Source of the DNA: Octopus vulgaris
Taxonomy: Eukaryota
Assembly: GCA_951406725.2 (NCBI GenBank)
Contig: OX597829.1
Span: 27,652,001 to 27,716,000, forward strand
Direction of reading: 5' to 3'
DNA length: 64,000 nucleotides
Shown here: in pieces, positions 49,811 through 63,195 of the stretch
Layout: each line of letters starts with the position of its first letter
Position numbering within the stretch: the stretch's first letter is position 1
Made by a program: the position numbers and the translations under genes
The notes under the pieces: model-generated
Told to the model about the DNA's origin: nothing
The model's database searches: none
What the model saw: only the letters and a program-made list of their open reading frames with translations

Positions 49811-50367
49811 ATGCCCTGATGCAGTACCAGGCAGTGGCTCTCATGGCTTCCCATCTTAACTGATTGGAAGTGTTATCATGTGCATTTTTTATGTCTTGGT
49901 ATAAAGGATGGGCTACAGCAAATATTCTGCTCAATACCACAGATTTGCTTGTCAGTTGTTTGACCATAACCAGTTGAGCATGTTCCTTAGTGGCTGACGA
50001 TGTGTGCATCCCTGATCACAAGCAGAAGTAGTAGGGAAGCATCATAGCCATGTGTTGAGAGGAATTCTTTGGAGTTTGAATAATTCACCTCTGGAGACAT
50101 GGGTGTTTCGTACAACATCCTTAAACAACCCTTATTCAAGAACCTTTTGAGCGGGATGGGCTACTCGACCTGAAGAAAATTCTAACTGGGCCCCACCTGC
50201 AAGGTCATGCGCTGTTTATCTTGTATGAGATCACCATGTCACGCACATATGGTTGTGATGCATGTGCCTAGTGTACCCTTATCAGACGGGTAGTCATGAT
50301 GGGTATACTGGGTTTCGTATATTGTACCTCAGTGTCACTTTGATGGCATGCACTGCTCTCTCACTCA
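49811..50367. mobile_element. ~560-bp higher-GC insert bounded on both sides by (AAT)n; probable microsatellite-targeted element
   Basis: Sharp compositional boundaries inside an (AAT)n array; no clear ORF or TIR. Confidence 0.45.
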
Positions 50368-50373
50368 ATAATA

Positions 50374-50409
<36 letters not shown>

Positions 50410-50573
50410 GAATAAATAACAATCCTTTCTACTATATATACAAGGCCTGAAGTGTTAGATGGCAGGCAGGCTAGTCGATTACAACGAACCCAGTACTCAA
50501 CTAATTCTTGTTTTATCGACCCCGATTCTGCCACCTCACCGTCTTAATCATGATGACGACGATGGTGGTGATG

Positions 50574-50661
<88 letters not shown>

Positions 50662-50697
50662 ATAGTAGTAATAGTAGGAGTAGCAGCAGCAGTAGCG

Positions 50698-50742
<45 letters not shown>
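50574..50742. repeat. (TAG)n microsatellite
   Basis: Directly visible. Confidence 0.95.
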
Positions 50743-51614
50743 ATAAACACGGAGTACACGCGATAATAGAAGTGTCTGGATGTAGGTCAAGTTCTAATTT
50801 TAGATCCAAAATCTTTTCGATGTATTAATGGACGTATCGTTGTTTTGAAGTAGTGTTTTGATGTACGCTTGTACTTGTTTCGCTTTGGTTTTTAATCCCA
50901 TATTTTTCCAGCCGTCTTTTGGTGTGTTAAGAGTTTTCCTAAAATACCATGAAAAACTCTTTTCATTTCCCTGTGAATCTCACATCAGCTAAGCAAACTC
51001 TTCCATAACATTTCGCTTGAGCTAGGCTTAATTTGCTACGGCGAAAAATTCATTCAATACATACATAGAAGCACACAAATATCGATTACTATATTAGTTT
51101 CTTAAAATATTTCTTGAAATGTGGTATCATCCCTCAGAACAATCAGGAATTTCATTCAATTCTATAGTTTGACTAAATTTTATAATTTCTAACTTCTGTG
51201 CGCAATGTTACGTTTGAGAAGTTTTTGTGACTCCTTCGTAGAAGGAGGCTTCATCAATACTGCCAAAAAATTTTCAGATGTGAAATTTGAGTGCGTATTA
51301 GTTAAAAACATGACATTCACCTTCATTTTAGATACACTTTTCTTTCTTATTCTTTCTCGTTGTTGTTGTTATTGTTGTTTCTCAAACAACATATAATATT
51401 CCTCTGTCTAGAAGAGAAACTACGTCCGGTCTAAGTTTCCATTAACTCTATCTCTAGCGTTCGTATTTTTTTATAACGATTTACAATACCGTTTAACTAA
51501 CCGCTGTTGCCCTTTCCCGTTTATTTACTGCTTGGATGTTCAAGTTTAAGATGTTTAGACTTTAATAGTAGCATCACTATTGGTTTACTCTGTGTGTGTG
51601 CGTGTGATAGTGTG

Positions 51615-51677
<63 letters not shown>

Positions 51678-51899
51678 GTACACACATTTGTTTAGAGCAA
51701 GTACCTTTGAATGCGTTCACGATTTATGGATATTGTAAATAATATTTCATAATATCCTATAGATGTGAAAATGTCATCGCAAATAAACATGTGGTATGCG
51801 GAAGTGTATGTCGTAATACATTAATAAAGTCTAAAATTTTCCATCCGCAAGTCATTTTCGTTATTACTATCTATCTATGTATATATATATATATATGTA

Positions 51900-52220
51900 T
51901 ATAGTTAATCCAAACATGAACAAGCAAGGAAAAACAACGCGAGGACATGGAATAAGTACAGTGCTATTGGACGCTCAGGAAAGGAAAGAAAAGAAAGAGG
52001 ATTTCACGTTTCGAGCGGAGCTCTTTGTCAGAAATATAGAAAAAGTCCAAAGAAGGGAAGACGGAAACAATTCAAGTAAACGAATAAAAACAGACAACAT
52101 GAGGATGTGCATATGAAACATGTTACTTGACGCTTGGTGAAAAGAGAGAGTTTTTGACGTTTTGAGCATAGCTCTTCGTCGGAAGGGAGAAAGGGAAAAG
52201 TCCGAAGAAGGAAAAGAAAT
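51900..52220 (-). mobile_element. two tandem Penelope-like remnants, each with a hammerhead-like core (52006-52031, 52156-52182)
   Basis: First unit is the reverse complement of 624-810; cores ctgacaaagagctccgctcgaaacgt and ccgacgaagagctatgctcaaaacgtc. Confidence 0.55.
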
Positions 52221-53417
52221 CGCCAACGAAAAGAAAGAAAGTAACAGAAATATAAAATATGCATTTTCTACATGTATCTTCTGCGTTGCTCTTTGATTTG
52301 ACATTCGAACTTCTTGCCCCACCAGAAGTAGCCAGGAGTAATCTAAGATCTCCCTTACTGTATCTCTTTTTCTTGGACTGCCGCCAGGAAATATTTACAT
52401 TTAACTTGGACGGAAATTATGATAAATAGCAGCAGAAATATTTATCAAAATTATCGGCTATTAATAAATTCTCCGTGAAATTTTCCTGCAAAAAAAGGAA
52501 AAAAAAAAGAAAACAAATAAAGGATGACATATTTAAAACATCAACAAACAAAAAAACTCATTAACTGCTTTAAGATTAATATTTTTTTATATATCTGTGT
52601 GTGTGTGTGTGTGCGTGTGTGTTGCCTCACACACACACACACACACACACATACTGGCGTTTCGGCATAAGATACAGATAGTATAAGTATCAAACTTTAA
52701 AAAAATAGGTATTGGGGTCGGTTTGTTCAACTAAACTATTCAAATGGTGCTACAATTAAAAATGAATTATAAAGAATTCCGGAATAGACTGGTTTGGCAT
52801 AGAACGTAGAACAGTGGATCAAAAAGAAATTTCTTCCAGTATTTATCTTTCATTTCTGTTACTTCAAATTCGGACGAAGCTGACTCTGCTTTTACTTTTA
52901 CAATGTCCTCATCCTAACGAAATCGATGAAATAAAATATATTGGAAAGAATCCGATTCATTCGTCTACGCAGGCTTGAAAGATCAGTTTTAAAAAATAAA
53001 ATAAGTTTCAGAAAACAGCTGCATAAAGTTTTCGAAAGGTGACGGATTGTGTTACAAAGTAGCAATAAATTAACATTTTGCGAGAAAGTAGTGCGTGCGT
53101 GTGTGTGTGTGTTTGTGTGTGTGTATGTGTGTGTATGTGTGTGTGTTGAATATATGTATGTAATAATATATATGGGTGTATTTATGTGTATATCTACATA
53201 CGTACGTACAAGAACGCTGTAGTTCGCTTATAATAGGGGATTTGAATGGGTTAACGGAACCTGTAGAGCTAGACATTTCCATGACTGTTTTTTTCTTCTT
53301 CTGAGGATGGGCCTTTACACCTGAACTATAAAGGTTTTGTGAAACATTCCACATTGTCAGAAGCTTTCCTATTTTCTCATTTTTCCCTTCGTATATGTGC
53401 ACGCGTGCGTGGGTGTA

Positions 53418-54735
53418 CGAGGTGCGTTCAAAAAGTATCCGTTGTTACTTTTTCCTGCCGAAGCTAATGCCACGTGACCAAAAACCCTTTGGATGGGACG
53501 TGATGCTACCTTTCCTGCGCATGCGTGAACATTTTCGCGCCGATAGGCCGCGTCAATTTCCGGTTGCTACGCCTAGAGTACAGGCGTGTAGTGTGCGTTT
53601 GTCGGATTTTCGTTTCCCCGCAAGAAAACCGATCTTATCGAGCAGAGATATTACATGAAATTTTGCCAGGAGCTTGATGATACTCAAGATCGCACCATCC
53701 AGAAGACTCAGCAGACCATTGGCGATGAAGCCATGGACAAAACTCAGATCAAGGAGTGGTACAACTGATTCAGACATGGCTGCACCTCAGTAGAGAGCAA
53801 GGCACACTCAGGGTAGCCATCCACAAACCAGAACGATTGAGAAGGTTCAGCGAATGATCGTGGAAGACAGTCAGGTAACAATCCAGGAAATTGTTGATGA
53901 AGTGGGAACAAGCACAGGATCAGTGCATTCCATTTTAACGGAGGATTTGTGCATGTGGGGAGTGTTGGTGAAATTCGTACCCAAGGTACTGGCGGAGCAG
54001 CATAAGCAACTCCGAATGGAAATCGTTCAGGATATGCTGGACTGTGCAAACCACAACCCGGACTTCATGAAGACTATCATCACCGGCAATGAGACTTGGG
54101 TTTATGGTTACGATCCGGAAACCAAGTTCCAGTCCTTCCAAAATGAAGCATCCGTAATCACCAGAGCTCCTAAAAAGCACGACAGGTTCGCAGCAATGTG
54201 AAAGTAATGTAACCTGTTTCTTCAACTCCCGTGGTATCGTGCATCATGAATACACACCAATCAATCATTAAGGAAGCTATAACCTGGAGGTTATACGTTG
54301 CTTTCGTGATGCTATGCATCGAAATCGGCCAGACGTGGGTGGCGAAGAATTGGCAACTTCACCATGACAATGCGCCCGCTTATTCTGCCCACATAATCCA
54401 AGCTTTCTTAGTCAATAACAACACATCACTTGTTCGACAGGCTTCCTACTCTCCTGATTTTGCAATGTGTGACCCCTGGCCCTCCGCCAAACTGAAAACC
54501 ATGCTGAAAGAGAAACGATTTCAGTCGCGAGAGGAAATTATGAGAAAAGCGACAGTTGGGTTCCGTAAGCATTCCAGAGGTGCTCCAGAAGTGTTATCAG
54601 TTGTGGCAGAACCACTGGGAGAAGTGTGTCAACTTCCAAGAGAAATATTTTGAAGGCGATCAAATGATAGTTGTGAAATGTACAAAATTGTTTTATTTTC
54701 ATGCTCAAAGGTCAGATGCATTTTGAATACATCTC

Positions 54736-54736
<1 letters not shown>
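53418..54736 (+). mobile_element. full-length decayed mariner transposon (~1.3 kb)
   Basis: TIRs cgaggtgcgttcaaaaagtatccg / cagatgcattttgaatacatctcg, TA on the left. Confidence 0.9.
53640..54665 (+). pseudogene. mariner DD34D transposase pseudogene (stops and frameshifts)
   Basis: EQRYYMKFC..GDEAM..QIKEWY*F HTH region; KFVPKVL; IITGNETWVYGYDPETK; LHHDNAPA; YSPDFAMCD; WEKCV..YFEGD. Confidence 0.92.
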
Positions 54737-54790
<54 letters not shown>

Positions 54791-55227
54791 TGAGAGAGAG
54801 AGAGAGAGACAAACAGACAGACAGACGGATAGATATGCCTACACATATACATGCATACGTAAATACATGCGACGGACTTTTATGGTTTCCGCCTATCAAA
54901 TTCACTCAGAAGGCATTGGTCAGTTTGGCGCTAGAGTACAAGACCAATGTAACACGCAGTGTAGCCTGAACTCGAAACCCTCTCGTTGGGGGAGCAAACT
55001 ACTTTTTAGCAATACAGCTCACTAAAATGTTAAGTATATTTCACTGATTCAAGAAATCAAGTACTAAATACAAATAAAAATATATTTCAATATAATGGTA
55101 TTGATTAAGACAGTTTAATAAATACCAGTTGAACACTGGGGTCGATGTAATCAACTTAGCTAGCCCCTTACCCAAAACTGCTGGTCTTGTGCCAAACATT
55201 TGAAATCAGTATAATGGTACGAATTAA

Positions 55228-55440
55228 GGCGGGGGGCTGGAAGCATCGTTAGCACGTCGGGCTAAATGCATAGCGGCATATCGTCCGTCTTTGCGTTCTG
55301 TGTTCAAATTCCGCCGTGATCGACTTTGCACTTCACCCTTTCTGTGCCGATAAAATGAGCACTGGGGTCGATGTAATCGACTTACCTCCTTCCCACCACA
55401 CCCCGAATTTCCTGGTCTTGTGCCAAAGTTTGAAACCAGT
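55228..55440 (+). mobile_element. SINE family C (an extra 3' fragment precedes it at 55118-55208)
   Basis: Matches 34461-34655. Confidence 0.8.
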
Positions 55441-55455
55441 ATAATGATATAGATA

Positions 55456-55723
55456 GAATAAATAAAATAAATGCGCCCTTTTAAAGCCTAGCCAGGCTCA
55501 TGGGCCCGGTTTCCCGGTTTCTATATGGCATATGTGTTCCCCAGCTGGACGGGATGCCAGTCCATCGCAGCGTTACTCATTTTTGCCAGTTGAGTGGACT
55601 GGTGGAACGTGAAATTAAGTGTTTTGCTCAAGAACACAACGTGTCGCCCGGTCCAGGAATCGAAACGACGATCTTACGATCATGATGCTGACACCCTAAC
55701 CACTAAGCCACGCGCCTCCACAT
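55456..55723 (-). mobile_element. SINE family B (head B + tail Y) with an 11-bp TSD
   Basis: TSD tgatatagata at 55445-55455 and 55724-55734; (TTTA)n-like tail. Confidence 0.88.
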
Positions 55724-56129
55724 TGATATAGATACTGTAATATAAATATCGCATATAACACCCAACTCTACACACTCTCCTAGTGTGTTTATTAAACACT
55801 TGTCCTTTGATTACGTAGAAGTCATATCAACAGGCGCACAAGCGATTTTTAGCCTCTTGGTCTCTTGTGAAGAGGTTGCTTTTGATGTACATTCAGAGGA
55901 GTGAGGTCTCGGTTTTTTTTCCCCTTTCGGTAAACAGGAAAATATTTCGTTGTTTTATTTGTATATTCTTTTATTCAATATTTTTTCTTTTAAACCACAA
56001 AATATATCTATTCCTATTACCGTAAGCATTCATTCAATACAAATATTTTGTTACTACATTTATTTTTCTTTTCGATACGAGAATAAATGTTTGGTTTAAT
56101 TTTTCTTATTTGTTTCTTGCTTTGTGGCT

Positions 56130-56130
56130 T

Positions 56131-56176
<46 letters not shown>

Positions 56177-56329
56177 CATTATATGTATGTGTATATATAT
56201 ATATGTGTGTGTGTATGTATGTATATGCTTGTATGTATATGCATGTATAAGTGTATGTATATATCTATATATATATGTATATATGTATTTATATGTATGT
56301 TTATATATATATGTATATATATATGTGTA

Positions 56330-56361
<32 letters not shown>

Positions 56362-56845
56362 CATGTATACACACACATATATATATGTATATACACACAC
56401 ACATATATATATATATATATACATACATATATATACACATATATATACATATATATACATATATATATACATACATACATATATATACATATATAAATAC
56501 ATATATATAAACATACATATATATGCATACACATATATGTACACATGCATATATATGCATACATATATATATATATACATATATATGTACATATATATAT
56601 ACATGCATGTATATATATATATACGTATATAAACATACAAATATATACGTACTTATATATGAATATATATATATGTATGTATGTATATATACATGTATGT
56701 ATATATATGTACATATATATATATATGTATGTATATATATATTTATGTATATATATATGTATATATATATATGTTTATATGTATGTATATATATGTGTGT
56801 GTGTGTGTGTGTATGTGTGTATGTATGTATATGTGTATGTTTGTG
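56130..56845. repeat. compound (TA)/(TG)/(CA) microsatellite
   Basis: Directly visible. Confidence 0.95.
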
Positions 56846-57201
56846 TATACTTTATCTTCTTTTCGTATGCATCTATTCTTCTTACAGTTTTTTTTTTATC
56901 AATAGCATCCAGATGTTTAAGAAACTTATAGTGGTGACCTCTTGTCAGTTTTTATATGACCGTGCTGGTTAACGTTCTTGTATACTAAAGGCCGTCTTAC
57001 TATTATGTCAAGAGAATCTTTAATGCATTTTGCGACAGTAACCACGAAAGAAATAGTCATCTATATACACCTCATCGTATCTGCATAAACATCGTTTCTA
57101 TTTCTGAGCGTTATACTAATACATCTGTTTGTTTTATACACCACCTGTCTTCGTCTTTTGTTTTTTTTCGTGAACTCTCCATATATATATATATATATAT
57201 A

Positions 57202-57390
57202 TCTTTAACGTGTTTCAGTCTTTGAACTGCGGCCATGCTGGGGCACCGCCTGGAAGAGGTTAGTCGAACAAATTGACCCCAGTACTTATTTTTTAAGTAC
57301 TAATATATATTCTATCGATGTCTTTGCCGAACTGCTAAGTTACGGGGGACATAAACTTTGCAATAGCAGTTGTAAAGCTGTTGTAGGAAA
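57202..57390 (-). mobile_element. SINE family A, 3' half (diverged)
   Basis: tgtttcagtc..actgcggccatgctggggcaccgcc..tagtcgaacaaat.gaccccagtactta. Confidence 0.7.
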
Positions 57391-58035
57391 TGCACACACA
57401 CACACACACATTTCTATATATTATTGGACATAAGACACGATTATTACACGAAGTGACTGGCATGTTAGTTCGAGACTGTCTTTGCTCTTTCTTTCTTTAA
57501 GATAATCCAGACGGCCTAATTGATATCTCTTTATAGGTTCATAGCAAGTTAACTAACATCCATTCGATGCATTTCAATAGAGTTTTTTTCCAAAATGTCT
57601 CCATGGGAAATCTTTGCTACTTTTAGATTAGCTTTGAGCTTATCCTTGTATCTAGCCATGATCTTCCTATGATACTCCTTCGATTATGAAACTGGAGCTG
57701 GCTATACACTTAGGGACTTTTAGAATTAGAATTAAGTTGTCACTCACTCTATCTCATGACTTGACATAAATCCATCTTAATTTGGTTGATTTCCGAAAAG
57801 TGTGTGTGTAGTGTAGTCTAGTCTAGTGTGGTGTAATGTGTCTTGTGTATACAAATAAATATACGACTGCCACTATTAAATTTAGAGTTCCACGGAGATT
57901 ACCACGTGAAATACACGTTATTCTGTTGGAGAAAATACTGGATACTTAATTTTCTCATGTAGGGTATCAAGTCATTTTATAAACTAAAAGATATATTACT
58001 GAAAGTGTATAATTCACACACACACGCACACACAC

Positions 58036-58099
<64 letters not shown>

Positions 58100-58439
58100 C
58101 GTAAATGCTTATACATTGTTATGGTGTTGCCATGGAATTTCCATGTTCTTAATGTGGTAATCACAACCAGGGTGAATTCTCCATCTATTCGTAATTTTAT
58201 AGGCAATATTTACATTGAAAAAAAAAAAAAAGAATAAATAAATGTTTTTGCTTTCTTATTTATATATATAATAGTGAACAATAATGTCCACCTTATTTTC
58301 CTTGTAAGTTCTGATTGTTTATCGTTTTGCGAGACTGTTAACGTTTTGGGATTAAAGATTAATTCTTGGAAGTAACATACGTTAATTATTCTTTAGACCA
58401 TTAATTTGACTTAAGTTTTAATTCTTATTCTTATAGTTG

Positions 58440-58712
58440 TTGTTGCTTGTTCACTTTGTACTTCCTATTCTTACATGCTGTAATGCCAGGTCCAAACTAA
58501 TAAGCCTGAAAGGAAAGATGTAAATTTACTGCACTCTCCGTAACAATGTAAGCTGTTACAACTAATGCGATCTTCTAAACTGCATATGTATTGATGCTGC
58601 TCGAAATATAATTGCCAAACTTTTCCATGCCATCCTTCCTGAAGCCTAGTGCTCCAATCACCACAATTATTTTAGTCTCCAAATTCCACATCTTGTTGGT
58701 TTCGATATCCAA
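58440..58712 (-). mobile_element. R4/Dong-clade non-LTR retrotransposon 3' fragment (restriction-like endonuclease C-terminus)
   Basis: LDIETNKMWNLETKIIVVIGALG..K.G.EK....I..*KIAL..TA.I resembles the R4/Dong/Rex6 ORF end. Confidence 0.7.
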
Positions 58713-58883
58713 TTCTTCTTCTTCTTCTTCTTCTTCTTCTTCTTCTTCTTCTTCTTCTTCTTCTTCTTCTTCTTCTTCTTCTTCTTCTTCTTCTTCTTCT
58801 TCTTCTTCTTCTTCTTCTTCTTCTTCTTCTTCTTCTTCTTCTTCTTCTTCTTCTTCTTCTTCTTCTTCTTCTTCTTCTTCTTC
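58713..58883. repeat. pure (TTC)n, about 57 units
   Basis: Directly visible. Confidence 0.97.
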
Positions 58884-58973
58884 ATTCTTCTCCTTCTCCT
58901 TCTTCATTGTTCATCTTCTCCTCCTTCTTCTTCTTCTACTTCTCCTCCTCCTCCTCTTCCTCCTCCACATCAC

Positions 58974-59009
<36 letters not shown>

Positions 59010-59648
59010 TATTCGAGGTACCTAAATTCCTCTACAAAAACAAATACTCTGCTTTTAACAAAACTGGCTTCCAATCTCGATATTTAAGCCCTTATTTTTA
59101 TTTTTCATCACATCATTTTCTCCATTCATTTACTCCCTTCTATTTATTTGTTTGTTTATTCTTTTATTTATATTATTCTTTGTTTCTTATCGTATGGTTT
59201 ATTCATTTAAATACTGAGGGACAGTCAAACATCTCTCAGTATTTAAAGGTAATCATTGTGATAAACTTATTCTTTCTTATTTTATCTCATTTTAAAATCT
59301 TATTGTACTTGTCTATTGTCATCACTTCATTATACATTCCATATATGATATTTCTAGTATTTGTAAAGAGTAAAATCTGTCGAATACATATATTGTCTGT
59401 GATATTATAATGAAACTATTTGCTATTTATAGCAGAGTCTGGTGTTTTATCCTTTCATGAAATGTTCTGTTAGTTATTTCCCAGCACGATTATATTTTAT
59501 AGCCGTATGTGTATATATATATATGCATATGCACTTTACATGTGTTTTGATGGATGATGTAGTGTCGTTTTATGTAACTTACACGCGCTACGGAACAGCT
59601 GTGGACTAGTGGAAAAACATCTATTCTCCCACTTCACTCATTCGGTCA

Positions 59649-59715
<67 letters not shown>

Positions 59716-60590
59716 GTATGTATGCATGTACATATACATATACACACATATATACCCATATACGCACACACACGCGCGCGTGCGCGCGCACACACACAAG
59801 TGTCTCTGGTAACTTGAGTTACTACAAATAGCGGCAAAATTTCTCTTAAAACACGACCTTTCATTAAAAGAAAGACACAAATTTACAGTATATCAGGAAG
59901 AAAATTTTTTAAAAATCAAACTATGCGATGGTATGCTACATCAGAGGCAACTCTTGGCTAAACAAAACACAGACAAACATAGTTCACATTAAAAGCTTAT
60001 CTGCTAAACAATATTAATAAAGTTGACGGTATATCTTCGAATTTTCATTCCCTGGCAAAACTCCGTGTATTTTAAACATTTTCTCATTATGCGCTAAGTC
60101 ATAAAGATTGTTGAGGCAGAGTTGCCTCCCTTAGCTAAAGACCTCAAAATTGTGTGATCCGACCACGTTTACGAGGTTATTTTTGTAGGAAAATTAGTTG
60201 TGCAAAAGCATACTTCATTTAGTAGCCGAAAGATTACTGAATCTTTTCATAACTCATACGTCAAAATTTGCAACTCAGTTTTCGAATCCGTAAGGAACAT
60301 ACGCGCGCGTGCACACACACACACACACACACACAAACTCTGTCTTATGTGTGTGTGTGTGTTTCTGTGTGTATATTGTATACCGCTGCTCACTCTGGTC
60401 CTGTCGCATGGGTTTCAGATGAGATACCTTCCGCTCTAAATACCGTTGTTCTTTGTCAACTAAATTAGGCTGACGAATCGTGAAATGTTGTATCCAGATG
60501 CAATCACTTGTTTTTCTGTCAAGTATTAATCTGAGTGAGATTTAATCACCCACTCTGGATCTCTTTTGCTTACATTACCAAAATAACATA

Positions 60591-60657
<67 letters not shown>

Positions 60658-60764
60658 ATAATGAGGGAGATAAATTAATATTAATTTTAATTCCTTGTAG
60701 TTTGATCGTTGATGGTCTATTTCTAGCATACGGCCGACTCCCTAGCAGTAAGCCCTGCCAATAT

Positions 60765-60822
<58 letters not shown>

Positions 60823-60926
60823 ACTGTGACGAAACCAACGATTAACGAATTTTTCGACGTTTCGGTCAACATTTTCATTGAAAAATATATTTGATGGTCT
60901 CCTTTAAGAAAAATGAATCCTTCATT

Positions 60927-62149
60927 GGGTCTAGTTGGTTTGGCTGCCAAGCATTTCGAAAATTAGAGCTTATCGAAAATTTTTTAATTTGGCACATTAA
61001 TATACTTTTCCAAACTGAATTGCTGAAGTTATTTCACTTTTGCCAGAAAAAAATGTTTTAAAAAGTTATAGAGGTTTAAAATTTGATCATTTTCATTCAG
61101 TTAGGAAACAGTCATTTTGTGCGTGACTGCACATTTTGTTGTCAACATTCTGAAAATAGTACATGTTTTCAATATTTGTAAACAACGTGTTTTGTAGTTT
61201 GAAGCATTCAATATGCATTTAATGATTTATCCAAGAAACATTATTTAGCTGTTATTTTTAGCACACTTCACAACCACTTCGATGACAAAAAGAAATTTGT
61301 AAACAAGTAGTTTTAAGCATTCAATATGCATTTAATACAAATGCGATGAACAACACGTTACATGCGATAAACATATTACAATTTTTCCCCACAAATGGTT
61401 TCAATACGGTTTTAAATGAAAGATTTGGAAGAATTAGATGAAGTTCTCCAGTAATTTTCTTTCATGTAAATAAATGTTTGTTAATTAAAAAATTTGCCAG
61501 CAAAATCTTATAAAATGACAATGTTCTAAAGATGTACACATTTAGATGTTATATATGAAAGTAAAAGTGTAAGCAAAATATGCTTAAAAAGCAAACATTT
61601 AAGCATGCAATAAGCAACACACTGCAAAATATTTTTGAAATTAAAAACGAAAGTTAGAAATACATTCAATCAATTTCTCAAGCAAATCACAATTTATGTA
61701 TCTCCTGCGCCACATAAATTCACAGGGATATGAATCTACCACAGAACGGTGAGTGCCACAGCGTTGTTTATTACCTCGCTTCACAGAGGACCACGCACTC
61801 TCTCCTTGTTGAGTGTGGATACCATCTTTCGGATTAACAAAAGTTGTTTCAGTATATTTGTCAACACGCAGATAAAAGAGTTCTCGGTTCCGCTTGTTAT
61901 TATGGAAACAGACACATGTTTTCTCGCAAGCAAAAGTGGTCTCATGTTCCCCTTGTTACTATGGAAACGGGCATGAATGTGTCTGTGGCACACGATTGGC
62001 TGAAATTTCAAACTTTAATTGCTAATAACTATTTATTGATTTATAGCGAAGATAATTTCACGGCCTTCATTAGCCAATAAAAGTGTATCATTACATTGAA
62101 AATGAAATCAATTTGAATAGACTTAGATCCAGCCAAATCGACTAGATCC
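60927..62149. mobile_element. 1.2-kb non-autonomous DNA transposon with a 9-bp TSD (MULE- or Merlin-like)
   Basis: TSD tccttcatt at 60918-60926 and 62150-62158; ~20-bp imperfect TIRs gggtctagttggtttggctg / cagccaaatcgactagatcc. Confidence 0.8.
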
Positions 62150-63020
62150 TCCTTCATTTAATGTCTAACTGCTTTTATGTATAACTGTACATAAAAACAT
62201 GTACGAAAGTAAATACGCACTCACACACACACACTAGAGAAAGAGAGAATGAGTGAGTGAAAACGAGTTTACTATATTAACGTATAAACTTGAAACTCGC
62301 ATTTAGTATTTGTGTTAAACATTTTCAATATTTTCTTGCTCTCTGGTCTCTTGTCTCACTCTCGCTCGTTCTGTCTTTCAACCTTACCCCCGTTTTTCTG
62401 AAACGCGCGCGCACACACACCACACACACTAAACATGTCGCACTTAGTGATTTATAAAACGTGCAGCGCCGCTTTACTTGTAGTGAAAGTATAACGTTAT
62501 TCAGATGTTACTACTAACGGTTCCCCATTTATTCTGAAGGAATGTCTTTTCTTTCAAGATAACCCCCTACTGAGAGGGGAGAGAGAGAGAGACAAAAAGG
62601 CAGACAGACAGAGAAATAAAGACGTTCTTTTAAAGAACAAATTCTGATGACGTTGTTTGGACGGTAGAAATGAGAGTTTAAGGCGTCAGAAGAAGTCCGG
62701 TAAATATTTGTTAAAACATTACTTCGGAAATGATTGAAAGATATTTTCGAAAATCTGTATTGATGGAAATAAATTTCTGCGATTCTCTGTCTGCGATATT
62801 TATTTATTTATTTATTTATTTGTTTGTTTTTTGTTTGTATTTTTTTTGTCACACTTTCATCCTTATTATATTTGTACTTTGTAGTTTGGAATTGAACAAA
62901 AATTACAATTTAGTGTATGAACCCTATAAAGTTTTGAGGTTTAAAGGAAAGGTTCAAGTCCTTATTTTGTGAAAACTTTATTAAATTAGAATAAACTGTG
63001 ATATTTCAAGACTTATATAA

Positions 63021-63195
63021 AGGTGAGTTGACAGAATCGTTACTGCGCCGGGATAAATGTTTAGCGACATTTCGGTCGACTTAGCCATTCATCCTTTTGG
63101 AGTCGATACATAAATACCAGTTGAGCACTGGGGTCGATGTAAGTGACTTATCTCCACCCCGACCTTGCTAACCTTATGTCAAAATTCGAAACCAA
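63021..63195 (+). mobile_element. SINE family C (diverged, internal deletion)
   Basis: ggtgag.tg.cagaatcgtta...ttcatccttttggagtcgata..taccagttgagcactggggtcgatgtaa. Confidence 0.7.

Noticed and set aside
53854-54653. Mariner ORFs as a functional or domesticated transposase
   Set aside because: In-frame stop, frameshifts and first catalytic D changed to N (TGNETW)
58575-59025. Poly-E/K/S ORFs; also poly-I/N/Y at 40851-41147 and 49560-50009, and poly-V/S/T at 50508-50828
   Set aside because: Trinucleotide microsatellite artefacts; only the non-repeat tail of 58575-58907 is a LINE relic
60470-60492. CTGACGA-atcgt-GAAA hammerhead-like word (similar weak match at 8968-8990)
   Set aside because: No convincing stems I or III and no recognisable repeat context
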